DNA of 64,000 bases from Patescibacteria group bacterium. GTDB lineage: Bacteria; Patescibacteriota; Microgenomatia; UBA12405. Of the stretch, positions 1-8,942 are shown piece by piece; the stretch's first letter is position 1, and the number at the start of each line of letters is the position of its first letter. Below the pieces are notes generated by a model. That model ran no database searches, had not been told where the DNA came from, and saw nothing but the letters and a program-made list of their open reading frames with translations. Position numbers and translations under genes: made by a program. The stretch is from contig JBBTXE010000001.1 in the NCBI GenBank assembly GCA_038062455.1, positions 58,371 through 122,370 of the forward strand. Reading direction: 5' to 3'.

Positions 1-488
1 TAGTATCCAGTGGTGTCGGCACCGTCACTGACAATGATGTCTTCCTGGCCACTTCGGCCAAAGCCCAAATTTTTGCCTACAATGTCCCCGTTCCCCGCTT
101 TATCCGAAATCTGGCCGATAATGAAAAAGTGCCTATCTTTGAATCAAAAATCATTTACGAAATCATCGAGGATATCCAGACCCAGGTTCTCCGTTTGCTT
201 GACCCGACCATCGAAGAGACGATTCTGGGTGAGGCCAAAATCATTGCTGAATTTAAAATCGAGAAGATTCGAATTGCCGGGATAGATGTCACTAAAGGTG
301 AAATCTCCTCCGGCGACCGTATTCATCTTAAACGCGATGACGAAATTATCAAGGATACTAAAGCAGAAGGCATTCACCAGGCTAAATTAATCGTTGACAA
401 AGCCAAGACGGGCAACCAATACGGCATCACTTTTAAGCCCTATATTGACTTTAAAATCGGTGATGTTATAATAGCCTATAAGAATTAA
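1..488 (+). CDS. infB: translation initiation factor IF-2, C-terminal part (5' end lies outside the window)
   Basis: Frame 3 is open from nt 3. The translation VSSGVGTVTDNDV...VPIFESKIIYEIIEDIQ...GDVIIAYKN matches the conserved IF-2 C-terminal domains. The neighbourhood with rpsO-pnp is typical. Confidence 0.85.
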   Translation, partial: VSSGVGTVTDNDVFLATSAKAQIFAYNVPVPRFIRNLADNEKVPIFESKIIYEIIEDIQTQVLRLLDPTIEETILGEAKIIAEFKIEKIRIAGIDVTKGEISSGDRIHLKRDDEIIKDTKAEGIHQAKLIVDKAKTGNQYGITFKPYIDFKIGDVIIAYKN

Positions 489-493
489 AAAAT

Positions 494-1321
494 ATGAAAA
501 ACTATAATATTGCAAGTATTAAGAGTTTGGTTGACAAAGCCAAGTCGGCTTTAGTAGTCGTTCCCACCCTTTCCGTTGATAACGTTGGTGCCGCTCTCGC
601 CTTGGCCCTTTCCCTTAAAAAGAGTGGCCGCGAAGTCAAAGTCTATTGTCCTCAAAAACCTGATCAAAATTACAGCAAACTAAGCGGTTTGGAATTAATC
701 ACCGATACTTATATTGCTTCTGATCTGGTTGTTTCTCTTAACTACCCCCTCAATCAAATCGAACAGGTTTCCTACAACGATGACGGTGGTCGCCTAAATT
801 TGGTCGTTAAAACCAAATTCGGTGCCGCCAAGGTGGAAAACAGCCAAATTGTTATCAACAATAGTTCCTCTTCGACTGATCTTTGTTTTATGCTTGGTGA
901 CGAATCTCCGCTTGGTGCCAATGCCTCAATCGTCAATCAGGGAGACTGGATTTTAATTTCCCCCGTTGCTGTTACCAAAACCTGGGCCAAAGCCACTTTG
1001 GTTGATGCCGATGCTCCTTTTTCCGAAATCTTTACCTTTTTATTACCCATGCTTGGGTTAAATCTGGATATCGACTCCGGCAAGGATTTGCTCATTGGGC
1101 TTCGGGTAGCCACCCAGTCCTTTAGTGTCAATGTCTCCCCCGAATCTTTCGAAGCCGGGGCTGTTTGTCTTCGGGCTACCCAACCTCCTGAAGCTGACGG
1201 CCTTGCCGCTCCCGCTTTCGCCCCCAATACTTTTGACAATCAAACCCCGATTGAAAATATCGAAAAAGGCGCCTCTTTTGTTCCGGGCACCAACAAAGCC
1301 AATCCCACCCCGGTGGTTTAA
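494..1321 (+). CDS. hypothetical protein, degenerate DHH/NrnA-like fold (catalytic DHH-type residues not conserved)
   Basis: The N-terminus IKSLVDKAKSALVVVPTLSVDNVGAALALALSLKKSGREVKVY parallels the DHH phosphoesterase N-terminal motif region, but the Asp/His metal ligands are replaced. The position after infB is where nrnA-like genes often sit. Confidence 0.4.
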   Translation: MKNYNIASIKSLVDKAKSALVVVPTLSVDNVGAALALALSLKKSGREVKVYCPQKPDQNYSKLSGLELITDTYIASDLVVSLNYPLNQIEQVSYNDDGGRLNLVVKTKFGAAKVENSQIVINNSSSSTDLCFMLGDESPLGANASIVNQGDWILISPVAVTKTWAKATLVDADAPFSEIFTFLLPMLGLNLDIDSGKDLLIGLRVATQSFSVNVSPESFEAGAVCLRATQPPEADGLAAPAFAPNTFDNQTPIENIEKGASFVPGTNKANPTPVV

Positions 1322-1323
1322 AA
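1295..1323 (+). repeat. direct repeat copy 1 (29 nt, covers the last 8 codons plus stop of ORF 494-1321)
   Basis: aaagccaatcccaccccggtggtttaaaa is identical to 1622-1650. Confidence 0.9.
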
Positions 1324-1338
1324 CTAAATATTTTTACT

Positions 1339-1608
1339 ATGGCAACAAATATCTCAAAACTGGAAACACTGTTAAGAGAAAGAGGATATAACATATATTG
1401 TAGCCCAATATTTAACCCTCCGAGAACACCCCTTGATGTACCCGTTATTAAGAATATTGGTGAGAAAGGTATTAAATGTTCTGGTGCTTTTTATGTCCCA
1501 GAGAGAACACGACTTTTTGATTGGTGTGGATCATGCCCAGCATATTCACCAGATATAAAATCCCGAGAAAGAAAAGTTAAAAACAATAACCTTCGTTTTG
1601 AAGAATAA
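1339..1608 (+). CDS. hypothetical small Cys-containing protein (cassette ORF)
   Basis: 89-aa ORF with an ATG start that fills the space between the two 29-nt repeat copies. No recognisable family. Confidence 0.4.
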   Translation: MATNISKLETLLRERGYNIYCSPIFNPPRTPLDVPVIKNIGEKGIKCSGAFYVPERTRLFDWCGSCPAYSPDIKSRERKVKNNNLRFEE

Positions 1609-1621
1609 TTCAAAAATTAAT

Positions 1622-1650
1622 AAAGCCAATCCCACCCCGGTGGTTTAAAA
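1622..1650 (+). repeat. direct repeat copy 2 (29 nt echo of the 3' end of ORF 494-1321)
   Basis: Perfect match to 1295-1323, non-coding in this context. Confidence 0.9.
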
Positions 1651-1655
1651 AGGAT

Positions 1656-1898
1656 ATGAAAATAAATTACGATAGTGCTATTTCCATCAAGGCTATCGGA
1701 TGTGGAGCCAATGCGACTATTCACAGAGGCTTAGATCAATATACTCTTAGGCGTAAGGTAGGAGACGCCAAAGGGATAAAAGAATTGTGTGGTGGATGTG
1801 TTTTCAGACGTGTTCCTGACCAACCCAATATGGCTGAAATGATTCCGGGACAAAAACGCTTGCGTGCATGTGTAGACGAAAATGCACCTACAACATAA
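1656..1898 (+). CDS. hypothetical small Cys-containing protein
   Basis: 80-aa ORF that starts 5 nt after repeat copy 2. It contains a CGGC motif; no family recognised. Confidence 0.4.
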   Translation: MKINYDSAISIKAIGCGANATIHRGLDQYTLRRKVGDAKGIKELCGGCVFRRVPDQPNMAEMIPGQKRLRACVDENAPTT

Positions 1899-1903
1899 TT
1901 CCA

Positions 1904-1912
1904 TGTTATAAT
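1904..1912 (+). promoter_or_regulatory. candidate extended -10 promoter element (TGTTATAAT) for rpsO-pnp
   Basis: Exact TGnTATAAT match about 75 nt upstream of the rpsO ATG. Confidence 0.3.
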
Positions 1913-1932
1913 CTCTCTGCACTACCTTTGGT

Positions 1933-1958
1933 ATTTCCGTAGCCATTCGGAAATTTTT
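1933..1958 (+). promoter_or_regulatory. hairpin plus T-run in the rpsO leader (weak terminator of the upstream ORF or S15 autoregulatory element)
   Basis: ATTTCCG-8 nt loop-CGGAAAT followed by TTTT. Confidence 0.3.
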
Positions 1959-1986
1959 ACTAAAACCAATCTTAGCGCTATAAACT

Positions 1987-2256
1987 ATGGCCTTAACCAC
2001 CGAAGAAAAAACGGAAATTGTTACCAAGTTTGCTCAAGCCAAAGGCGATACCGGCTCTCCTGAAATCCAAGTAGCGATTCTGTCAAAAGAAATCGACAAA
2101 CTTCAGGGACATTTAGGTGATAACAAACATGATTCACCGGCCAAAAGGGGACTATTAAGCAAAATCGCCAAAAGACGCCGGCTTCTTCGCTACCTTTCTC
2201 TTCACAATGATGACCGCTATGGTAAGTTAATCAAAGCCTTGGGTCTAAAAAAATAA
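1987..2256 (+). CDS. rpsO: 30S ribosomal protein S15
   Basis: 89 aa. GDTGSPEIQVAILS...RRRLLRYL is the S15 signature. Immediately upstream of pnp. Confidence 0.95.
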   Translation: MALTTEEKTEIVTKFAQAKGDTGSPEIQVAILSKEIDKLQGHLGDNKHDSPAKRGLLSKIAKRRRLLRYLSLHNDDRYGKLIKALGLKK

Positions 2257-2258
2257 AA

Positions 2259-4451
2259 ATGGACAATTTTTCCTTTGATCTAAAATTATCAGACGATAAG
2301 CAGATTCACCTTGAATCAGGCAAACTCGCCCCTCAAGCCAATGCTGCAGTTCTGGCCGCCTTTGGTAAAACCGTAGTTTTGGCCACCGTCGTTTTAGGGG
2401 CCGTTGACAAAAGCAAAGATTATTTTCCACTTTCAGTTGAGTTCACCGACAAACTTTACGCCGGCGGATTTATCAAAGGCGGCAAATGGGTCAAACGCGA
2501 AGGCGCCCCCTCTGATACCGCCATTCTTTTTGGTCGGATTATCGATCGGGCTATTCGTCCTCTTTTCCCCGCCGGTTTCAAACAGGAAGTTCAGGTTATG
2601 GCCACAATTTTAAGTAATGACAAAGATAATGACGTCATTATCCCTGCCTTTACGGCCGTCTCCGCCGCCCTAATGCTTTCCGATATTCCCTTTAACGGTC
2701 CGGTATCGGCTGTCCGTGTTGGCCTAAAAGAAGGCAAAATCTCTCTCTTCCCCACCGTTTCTGAACTTAAGACCTCACCTCTTGACCTACTGGTCTGCCG
2801 CGATTTAGAAGGCATCAATATGATTGAGGCCGGTGCTCAAATTGTCGATAACGACATCGTCCTTTCAGCTATTGAAGAGGCTTTCAAAACCGGCGAACAA
2901 CTAAACCGGCGGTTGACTGAATTTTCCCAAAAACACGCCAAAGCAAAAATCAAGTTCGAAGACCTCTCCCCCCCGAAAGAATTAGTAACCGAAATTTCCA
3001 AACTTATTAATCCCAACCTTGAAGAGTTTATGAAAGACGGCACCGACGGTGCTCATATTGCTGCCGAAGAAAAAATCAAAGAAATAGTTATCAGTAACTA
3101 TCAAACCCAAATTGATGCCGGTGAAATCGAAGTCGGCCAGCTTATCGATGCAGTTGATGTTTTAGTTAGACTCTATGTCCGCCAACATACCCTCGCCGGC
3201 ACCCGCTATGACCATCGCCGGCTGGATGAAATTCGGCCTCTAAATATTGAAGTCGATGTCTTGCCTTGTACCCACGGCTCCGCCCTCTTTGAACGTGGTC
3301 TGACCCAAGCTATTACCATTACCACTCTCGGTCCTCTGGCTGATCAGCAATATTTACAGGACAGCAGCGGCGAATCTACCAAGCGCTATATTCATTATTA
3401 TTCCGCTGCTCCCTTTTCCACCGGTCAGACCGGACGTTTCGGCCGTCCCGGTCGTCGGGAAATCGGTCACGGGGCTCTAGCCGAAAAAGCTCTGCTTCCG
3501 GTTCTTCCTTCAATTGAAGAGTTTCCTTACACTATTGCCCTAACATCCGAAGTTTTATCTCAAAATGGCTCCTCCTCCATGGCTTCCACCTGCGGTTCCA
3601 CCCTAAGTCTTATGGCCGCTGGTGTCCCCATCAAAGATAAAGTAGCCGGTATTTCCGTGGGCATGGTATCAGACGCTGACAAATATCTTTTATTAACCGA
3701 TATTGCCGGTCTTGAAGATCACTGCGGCGATATGGATTTTAAAATTACCGGTACCCGAACAGGTATCACTGCCATTCAACTCGATATCAAACGAATGGGC
3801 TTAAGCCTCAATATGATCCGCGATACCTTCACCGCCTCGACCAAAGCCCGTTTAGCCATTTTGGATAAAATTGATTCGATTCTTTCCGCTCCCAGAACAG
3901 AACTCTCTCCCTATGCTCCCAAAATTAAATTAATCACTCTCCCTGAAGACAAAATCGGTGAAGTGATTGGCAGCGGTGGCAAAACCATCAAAGCCCTAAT
4001 GGAAAAATTTGCTGTCCAAATCGATATTGATGATGATGGCCGGGCCTCTATTTGTTCTCAAGATATAGCTAAAATCGATGCCTGTGTCTTCCAAATCGAA
4101 TCAATGATTCGGGATATTAATATCGGTGAAGAATTTGATGGAGTAGTTACCAGAGTTGAAAACTTTGGCGCCTTTGTCGAATTTTTACCCGGTCGTGAAG
4201 CCCTCCTCCACGTTTCCGAAATGACCGGCGGCTTCTTATCTGATCCGGGAACTATCATCAAAATTGGCGATAAACTTCACGTCCGGGTTTCCGGTTTTAA
4301 CGACAATTACCAAATCAAACTTTCCGCTCCCGAATTCAAAGCCGCTCATCCTAGCAATCCTGATGCGGTACCCGGTCGTCCCCGCCCCGATTTTGACCGC
4401 AATCGCCAAAACTTCCGCAACTTCAGTCCTCCCGTCCGTCCCCGAAGATAA
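2259..4451 (+). CDS. pnp: polyribonucleotide nucleotidyltransferase (PNPase)
   Basis: 730 aa with two RNase PH-like domains, KH (IGEVIGSGGKTIK) and S1 (GVVTRVENFGAFVEF) domains. Confidence 0.97.
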   Translation: MDNFSFDLKLSDDKQIHLESGKLAPQANAAVLAAFGKTVVLATVVLGAVDKSKDYFPLSVEFTDKLYAGGFIKGGKWVKREGAPSDTAILFGRIIDRAIRPLFPAGFKQEVQVMATILSNDKDNDVIIPAFTAVSAALMLSDIPFNGPVSAVRVGLKEGKISLFPTVSELKTSPLDLLVCRDLEGINMIEAGAQIVDNDIVLSAIEEAFKTGEQLNRRLTEFSQKHAKAKIKFEDLSPPKELVTEISKLINPNLEEFMKDGTDGAHIAAEEKIKEIVISNYQTQIDAGEIEVGQLIDAVDVLVRLYVRQHTLAGTRYDHRRLDEIRPLNIEVDVLPCTHGSALFERGLTQAITITTLGPLADQQYLQDSSGESTKRYIHYYSAAPFSTGQTGRFGRPGRREIGHGALAEKALLPVLPSIEEFPYTIALTSEVLSQNGSSSMASTCGSTLSLMAAGVPIKDKVAGISVGMVSDADKYLLLTDIAGLEDHCGDMDFKITGTRTGITAIQLDIKRMGLSLNMIRDTFTASTKARLAILDKIDSILSAPRTELSPYAPKIKLITLPEDKIGEVIGSGGKTIKALMEKFAVQIDIDDDGRASICSQDIAKIDACVFQIESMIRDINIGEEFDGVVTRVENFGAFVEFLPGREALLHVSEMTGGFLSDPGTIIKIGDKLHVRVSGFNDNYQIKLSAPEFKAAHPSNPDAVPGRPRPDFDRNRQNFRNFSPPVRPRR

Positions 4452-4475
4452 CCAAAATCGTATATACTGATATCA

Positions 4476-5537
4476 ATGCCTGACCCCGACACTTTAACTA
4501 TTACCGCCGCTATTGACAAGTTAATTGCCAAAAGTAAATCTGTTCCTCTTCCCTCCGAACTAAGCAGTCGTCTTGAAGAACTTTTTTCCCAACTTCAAAT
4601 AAATTCCCGCTCCGAAGAAACATTCTGGGCTTTTTATCAGAGCACCGCCAAATACATTGATTGGATTACCCGCCTCCCTTGGAAAACTCAAAGCGACGAC
4701 ATCCTCGATACCCGGCACACCCAAGAGAAACTTGACGAAAATCATTATGGATTGCAGGATGTTAAATTAAGGATTCAGGAATATGTTTCCGTTCTATCTC
4801 TCCAAAAGACCCGTCATCCCGATCTACCCTTTCAGGCCCCCATTCTTTTATTTGTCGGATTGGTCGGCACCGGCAAAACCACCATCGCCAAATCTATTGC
4901 CGACTGTCTTAACCGAAAACTTATCCGTATTCCCTTCGGCGGTCTTGGTGATCCTCTTTATCTTCGGGGGCAGAGTCGTCTTCACCCCGAAGCCGAACCC
5001 GGAGCCATCATCCGTGGGCTGGCCACCTGCGGCACCCGAAACCCAGTTATATTACTTGACGAAATTGACAGGGTGGCTGATGGAGCTCTCAACACCATTA
5101 TGGGAGTTCTAGTTGAGCTTCTTGACCCCGAACAAAATTCCCGTTTTGCCGACTACTATCTTGATTACCCCTTTGATTTATCCCAGACCTTTTTTGTGGC
5201 CACCTGCAACAACACTTCCCGGATTGCTACCGCTGTTTTGGACCGTCTGGAAATAATTCAAATGCCTTCTTACACCGATGAGGAAAAACTTAATATAGGT
5301 CGTAGTTATCTTCTCCCCCGGGCCATCAAAGAAGCCGGTCTCAATCCGGGTGAATTAACAATTATCGACTCCGTTTGGCCCAATATTATTCGTCCCTTAG
5401 GTTTTGATGCCGGTGTCCGAACCTTAAAGCGGAATATTGAAGGACTTTGCCGCAAAACTGCCACCCTGATTTTATCCGGCCAAAAACAAGTAGTGGTTGA
5501 TGAGTCCAATGTTAAAAAATATCTGCCTCAATGGTAA
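4476..5537 (+). CDS. Lon-type AAA+ ATPase module without a protease domain
   Basis: YGLQDVKLRIQEYV, Walker A GLVGTGKTT and Walker B ILLDEIDR resemble the Lon ATPase region. The ORF ends before any Ser-Lys protease domain. Confidence 0.7.
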   Translation: MPDPDTLTITAAIDKLIAKSKSVPLPSELSSRLEELFSQLQINSRSEETFWAFYQSTAKYIDWITRLPWKTQSDDILDTRHTQEKLDENHYGLQDVKLRIQEYVSVLSLQKTRHPDLPFQAPILLFVGLVGTGKTTIAKSIADCLNRKLIRIPFGGLGDPLYLRGQSRLHPEAEPGAIIRGLATCGTRNPVILLDEIDRVADGALNTIMGVLVELLDPEQNSRFADYYLDYPFDLSQTFFVATCNNTSRIATAVLDRLEIIQMPSYTDEEKLNIGRSYLLPRAIKEAGLNPGELTIIDSVWPNIIRPLGFDAGVRTLKRNIEGLCRKTATLILSGQKQVVVDESNVKKYLPQW

Positions 5538-5545
5538 GACGAAAG

Positions 5546-5632
5546 ATGGAACAAAATTTTACCTATTTTTCTCTGGTCTTGCTCGCCATCGCTTTTATTA
5601 TTCTTCTTATCAGTCTCTACCCTTATCGCTAA
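5546..5632 (+). CDS. possible 28-aa hydrophobic micropeptide (MEQNFTYFSLVLLAIAFIILLISLYPYR)
   Basis: ATG-initiated ORF 8 nt after the previous stop. Its TAA overlaps the next ATG (TAATG). It has a single predicted TM helix. Absent from the ORF track because it is under 60 aa. Confidence 0.25.
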   Translation: MEQNFTYFSLVLLAIAFIILLISLYPYR

Positions 5633-6162
5633 TGTCGACTCTTAACTCTCAAAAACTAAAATTAAACGGTAAGACGGCGGTATTTATTGATTATGCCAAT
5701 GTCTATGGCTGGAAAAAAAGTCTAAAAAAACCCGTCGATGCCGTCAAATTATATAAATATCTCAAAACGTATCCAAATATAACTGCCATTGAATTTTATT
5801 ACGGTTCCGACGTCAATAAAAAGTCAAAAGATTTTTTAAAAGAAATCAAAACCTGCGGTTTTCAACTGGTAACTAAACCGGTTAAATATATCGATATTTC
5901 TAATACCAAAAAGCCGGTACTGATCCGTAAATGTGACTTCGATATCGAAATCTGTATGTCAGTCTATAAACACCTCGAAAGGAAAATTGACAGCTTCGTC
6001 TTTTTTTCCGGCGACGGGGACTTAATTCCGCTTTACCGTTATCTAATTGAGCACCGAAAACAGGTTATTGTTATTTACCAAAGTGGCCATTTGGGTAAAG
6101 AAATTTGGGAAACCAAAAAAGGCATCTTCAAAACTGAAATTACTAATTTTCCGGTTTTTTAA
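5632..6162 (+). CDS. NYN/LabA-like domain protein (putative RNase)
   Basis: AVFIDYANVY...FFSGDGDLIPL pattern of NYN (DUF88/LabA) domains. The internal ATG at 5632 was chosen because the upstream extension (from 5497) overlaps the previous gene. Confidence 0.7.
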   Translation: MSTLNSQKLKLNGKTAVFIDYANVYGWKKSLKKPVDAVKLYKYLKTYPNITAIEFYYGSDVNKKSKDFLKEIKTCGFQLVTKPVKYIDISNTKKPVLIRKCDFDIEICMSVYKHLERKIDSFVFFSGDGDLIPLYRYLIEHRKQVIVIYQSGHLGKEIWETKKGIFKTEITNFPVF

Positions 6163-6213
6163 CAAAAAATGTCCCCCCGATTGCTCGAGGGGCGTGATTA
6201 AAGAAATTATAAC

Positions 6214-6846
6214 ATGCCAATCGACAAACTTCAAAAACTCGAATATGTCTCCCGGCTCATAGCCAAATGTCAAAAGTGTCCTTTGTCCAAAACCGCTACC
6301 AATCCGGTTCCGGGGAGTGGCTCTCCTGATGCCAAAATTGTTTTTATCGGTGAAGCCCCCGGTTTTTTTGAAGACCAACAGGGTTTACCTTTTGTCGGTA
6401 ATTCCGGCAAACTTCTCGACAAGCTTTTAGCCAAAATAAATATTTTACGCACCGATGTTTATATCTGTAATATCCTCAAACACCGTCCACCCGAAAATCG
6501 CGACCCTCTGCCCGAGGAAATCAAGGTTTGTACTCCCTATCTCAAGGCCCAACTGGAAATTCTTCGCCCTCAAATTATTGTTACTTTGGGCCGTTTCGCC
6601 CTCAATTACTTTTTACCACTTGAAAGTATTGGCCGAATTCATGGCCAAATCAGAAAGATTTCTTGGCAGGGACTTGACGTCAACCTCATTCCCCTGTATC
6701 ATCCTTCAGCTGGATTACGCAACGGTAGCATGTTACGCGAGCTGGAATCTGACTTTCTTAAAATTGACTCATTTCTTCACCCGCAACCCTTAATCGTTAA
6801 AAGAGACCCCGTGTCTTCTGCTGTTTCCAATCCCACTTTGTTTTAA
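6214..6846 (+). CDS. uracil-DNA glycosylase, family 4
   Basis: CQKCPL...VFIGEAPG..ED..G.PFVG.SG..L...NILKHRPP motifs. Confidence 0.85.
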   Translation: MPIDKLQKLEYVSRLIAKCQKCPLSKTATNPVPGSGSPDAKIVFIGEAPGFFEDQQGLPFVGNSGKLLDKLLAKINILRTDVYICNILKHRPPENRDPLPEEIKVCTPYLKAQLEILRPQIIVTLGRFALNYFLPLESIGRIHGQIRKISWQGLDVNLIPLYHPSAGLRNGSMLRELESDFLKIDSFLHPQPLIVKRDPVSSAVSNPTLF

Positions 6847-6858
6847 TTTATTAAATTT

Positions 6859-8610
6859 ATGACTACTGATAACAAAAATCGTCCTCAACAGTATTTTGGC
6901 TCCAAAGGCCCCATTAAAAATTTAGGATCTTCCCGCGATTTTGTCCGAATTGCCTCCCTTGGCGGTTTTGGTGATGTCACCCAAAATATGTTCGTTTACG
7001 AATATTTCCCCGGCGGTAACGAGGCCCAAAGCCAAATTATTATTGTTGATTGCGGGGTTGGTTTTCCTGAAGATGATGCCTTTGGTGTCGATCTTCAAAT
7101 CCCCGATACTAAATACCTCGAAGACAGAAAAACCCGGATTTTGGGTATTTTTATTACCCACGGTCACGAGGACCATATTGGGGCCATCCGTTTTATTCTG
7201 CCAATTTTAGGTAAATCCATTCCTATTTTTGCCCCCAAAACTGCCGCCGCCTTTATTGAATCACGACTCCAGGAAAGCCAAATCCGGGCTTCTATCAAGG
7301 TCTATCAAAACGGTGATCTTTTTAACATCGGCCCCTTTACCGTCGACCCCATCCGGGTCAATCATTCCATTCCCGACACTTTCCATTTTGCTATTACTAC
7401 CCCCATTGGCATTTTTTACCACGGTTCTGATTTCAAATTTGATGTTTTCCCCCTTGATGGCAAGCCTTCTGATTTAGCCCATATCGCCCGCATTGGTGAA
7501 AAGAAAGTTGTTGCCCTGCTATCGGACTGTTTAGGGGCCGACCACGAGGGTTTTTCACCCTCCGAGTCTTCCATTGCTGAAAAATTTGAACATGATATCA
7601 AAACCGCCAAAGGCCGGGTTTTTGTTACTTCCATTAGTAGCAATATTGTCCGCTGGGGGCAGGCTATCGACTATGCCAAGAGAGCCGGTCGAAAAGTAGT
7701 GGTAGTCGGCTTCTCGGTTACCAAAGCCATTGAAATTGCCCAGACCCTAGGTTATGTCAACCTCACCGACGCTGATTTAATTCCGGTTGAGCGGGTTAAA
7801 AATTTTGCCGATAATAAGCTAATCTTTTTAGTGGCCGGTTTTGCTGGTCAGCCCAATTCAGCCCTTTCTAAAATGGTTATGGGCAAACATAAAGTCAAAA
7901 TCAGCTCCGGCGATAAAGTCATTTTCTCTTCCCCCGACTACATTCCCGGCACCTCTACTCAAATCTATGATCTAATTGATACTCTTTCCAAAATGGGGGC
8001 TGAAGTAATTTATGGTGAAGAGCAGGAGATTCATGTTTCCGGCCACGGTTATCAAAAAGAACATGCTATTTTAATTGATTTGGTTCGGCCTAAATTTTTA
8101 CTTCCCATCGGCGGCAACTTTCGTCACATCAAAAGTTACCAAACCATGGCCAAAAACATGGGTTATCGTGACGACCAGTTTATCTTTCCTGATGTCGATT
8201 CAGCCGTTACTTTTACCTCTGATGGTAAAGCTGACACCAAATACCATATTCCACTTCACAAAGTCCTTATCGATGGTTTGGGAATCGGTGATGTCGGTAC
8301 CACTGTTTTACGGGACCGAAAAACTCTGGCCGAAGAAGGTATGTTTTCCTTTGTTATTTTACTCAACAAAGACAGCGGCAAAATGTTTAAAGAACCGGTT
8401 ATTCTTTCCCGCGGCTTTGTCTTTATGAAGGAAAATACGGATCTTCTTGATTATCTCAAAAAAGAAATCATTCGAAAATTTACCCAAGTGACCAGTTCTC
8501 CGGCCAATTTTGATTTTATCCGCGAAGAACTCCAGGCCTTTCTTGAAGGGATAATTCTCCAAAAAACCGGCCGCCAGCCCATGGTTTTACCCCTGATTAT
8601 TGAGGTATAG
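6859..8610 (+). CDS. rnj: ribonuclease J (metallo-beta-lactamase/beta-CASP)
   Basis: 583 aa. THGHEDHIGA motif, beta-CASP region and C-terminal domain. Confidence 0.9.
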   Translation: MTTDNKNRPQQYFGSKGPIKNLGSSRDFVRIASLGGFGDVTQNMFVYEYFPGGNEAQSQIIIVDCGVGFPEDDAFGVDLQIPDTKYLEDRKTRILGIFITHGHEDHIGAIRFILPILGKSIPIFAPKTAAAFIESRLQESQIRASIKVYQNGDLFNIGPFTVDPIRVNHSIPDTFHFAITTPIGIFYHGSDFKFDVFPLDGKPSDLAHIARIGEKKVVALLSDCLGADHEGFSPSESSIAEKFEHDIKTAKGRVFVTSISSNIVRWGQAIDYAKRAGRKVVVVGFSVTKAIEIAQTLGYVNLTDADLIPVERVKNFADNKLIFLVAGFAGQPNSALSKMVMGKHKVKISSGDKVIFSSPDYIPGTSTQIYDLIDTLSKMGAEVIYGEEQEIHVSGHGYQKEHAILIDLVRPKFLLPIGGNFRHIKSYQTMAKNMGYRDDQFIFPDVDSAVTFTSDGKADTKYHIPLHKVLIDGLGIGDVGTTVLRDRKTLAEEGMFSFVILLNKDSGKMFKEPVILSRGFVFMKENTDLLDYLKKEIIRKFTQVTSSPANFDFIREELQAFLEGIILQKTGRQPMVLPLIIEV

Positions 8611-8621
8611 ACCGAATAGAT

Positions 8622-8652
8622 CTTGACAAAGCTTGACAAAGTATGCCATAAT
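8622..8652 (+). promoter_or_regulatory. sigma70-like promoter/operator of the TA cassette: tandem CTTGACAAAG x2, -35 TTGACA (8623-8628), 18 nt spacer, -10 CATAAT (8647-8652)
   Basis: Perfect 10-bp tandem duplication containing two TTGACA hexamers. The -10 box ends 5 nt before the ATG at 8658. Confidence 0.45.
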
Positions 8653-8657
8653 ATCTT

Positions 8658-8942
8658 ATGGCCACAGTCAATATTTCTATCACTGCCCAACAGAGCAAAA
8701 TTGTCGATCACTTTATCAAACTTTATGATTTTGAAAATAGAAGCGAGTTTTTTCGCACCCTGATTCGCTTTATTTCTCTTCGGCCTGACTTGGTTTCTCA
8801 AAGTACCACTTATCCCTTTATCGAGCCGGCCGATCGAAGTGTTAAATCGGTCATGAAGAGTTTCTCGAAAACAAAAAAATACAATCAACAGTTTTTGAAA
8901 GATTTGGAGATAGGTTTAAAGGAAAGCCAAACCTTTAATTGA
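8658..8942 (+). CDS. putative antitoxin (ribbon-helix-helix-like)
   Basis: 94 aa. The N-terminal MATVNISITAQQSKIVD beta-strand/helix pattern is typical of CopG/RHH antitoxins. Its stop overlaps the toxin start (ATGA). Confidence 0.5.
   Translation: MATVNISITAQQSKIVDHFIKLYDFENRSEFFRTLIRFISLRPDLVSQSTTYPFIEPADRSVKSVMKSFSKTKKYNQQFLKDLEIGLKESQTFN

Noticed and set aside
5497-5631. Longer N-terminal extension of the NYN-domain ORF, starting at 5497.
   Set aside because: It overlaps the 3' end of the Lon-type ATPase gene, and the conserved NYN domain begins right after the ATG at 5632. The same logic was applied to the extended track ORFs for rplD, rplV, rpsC, rplE, rplO, rpsM, rpsI, the PNPOx-like gene, the YtxH-like gene, the sortase and the methylthiotransferase.
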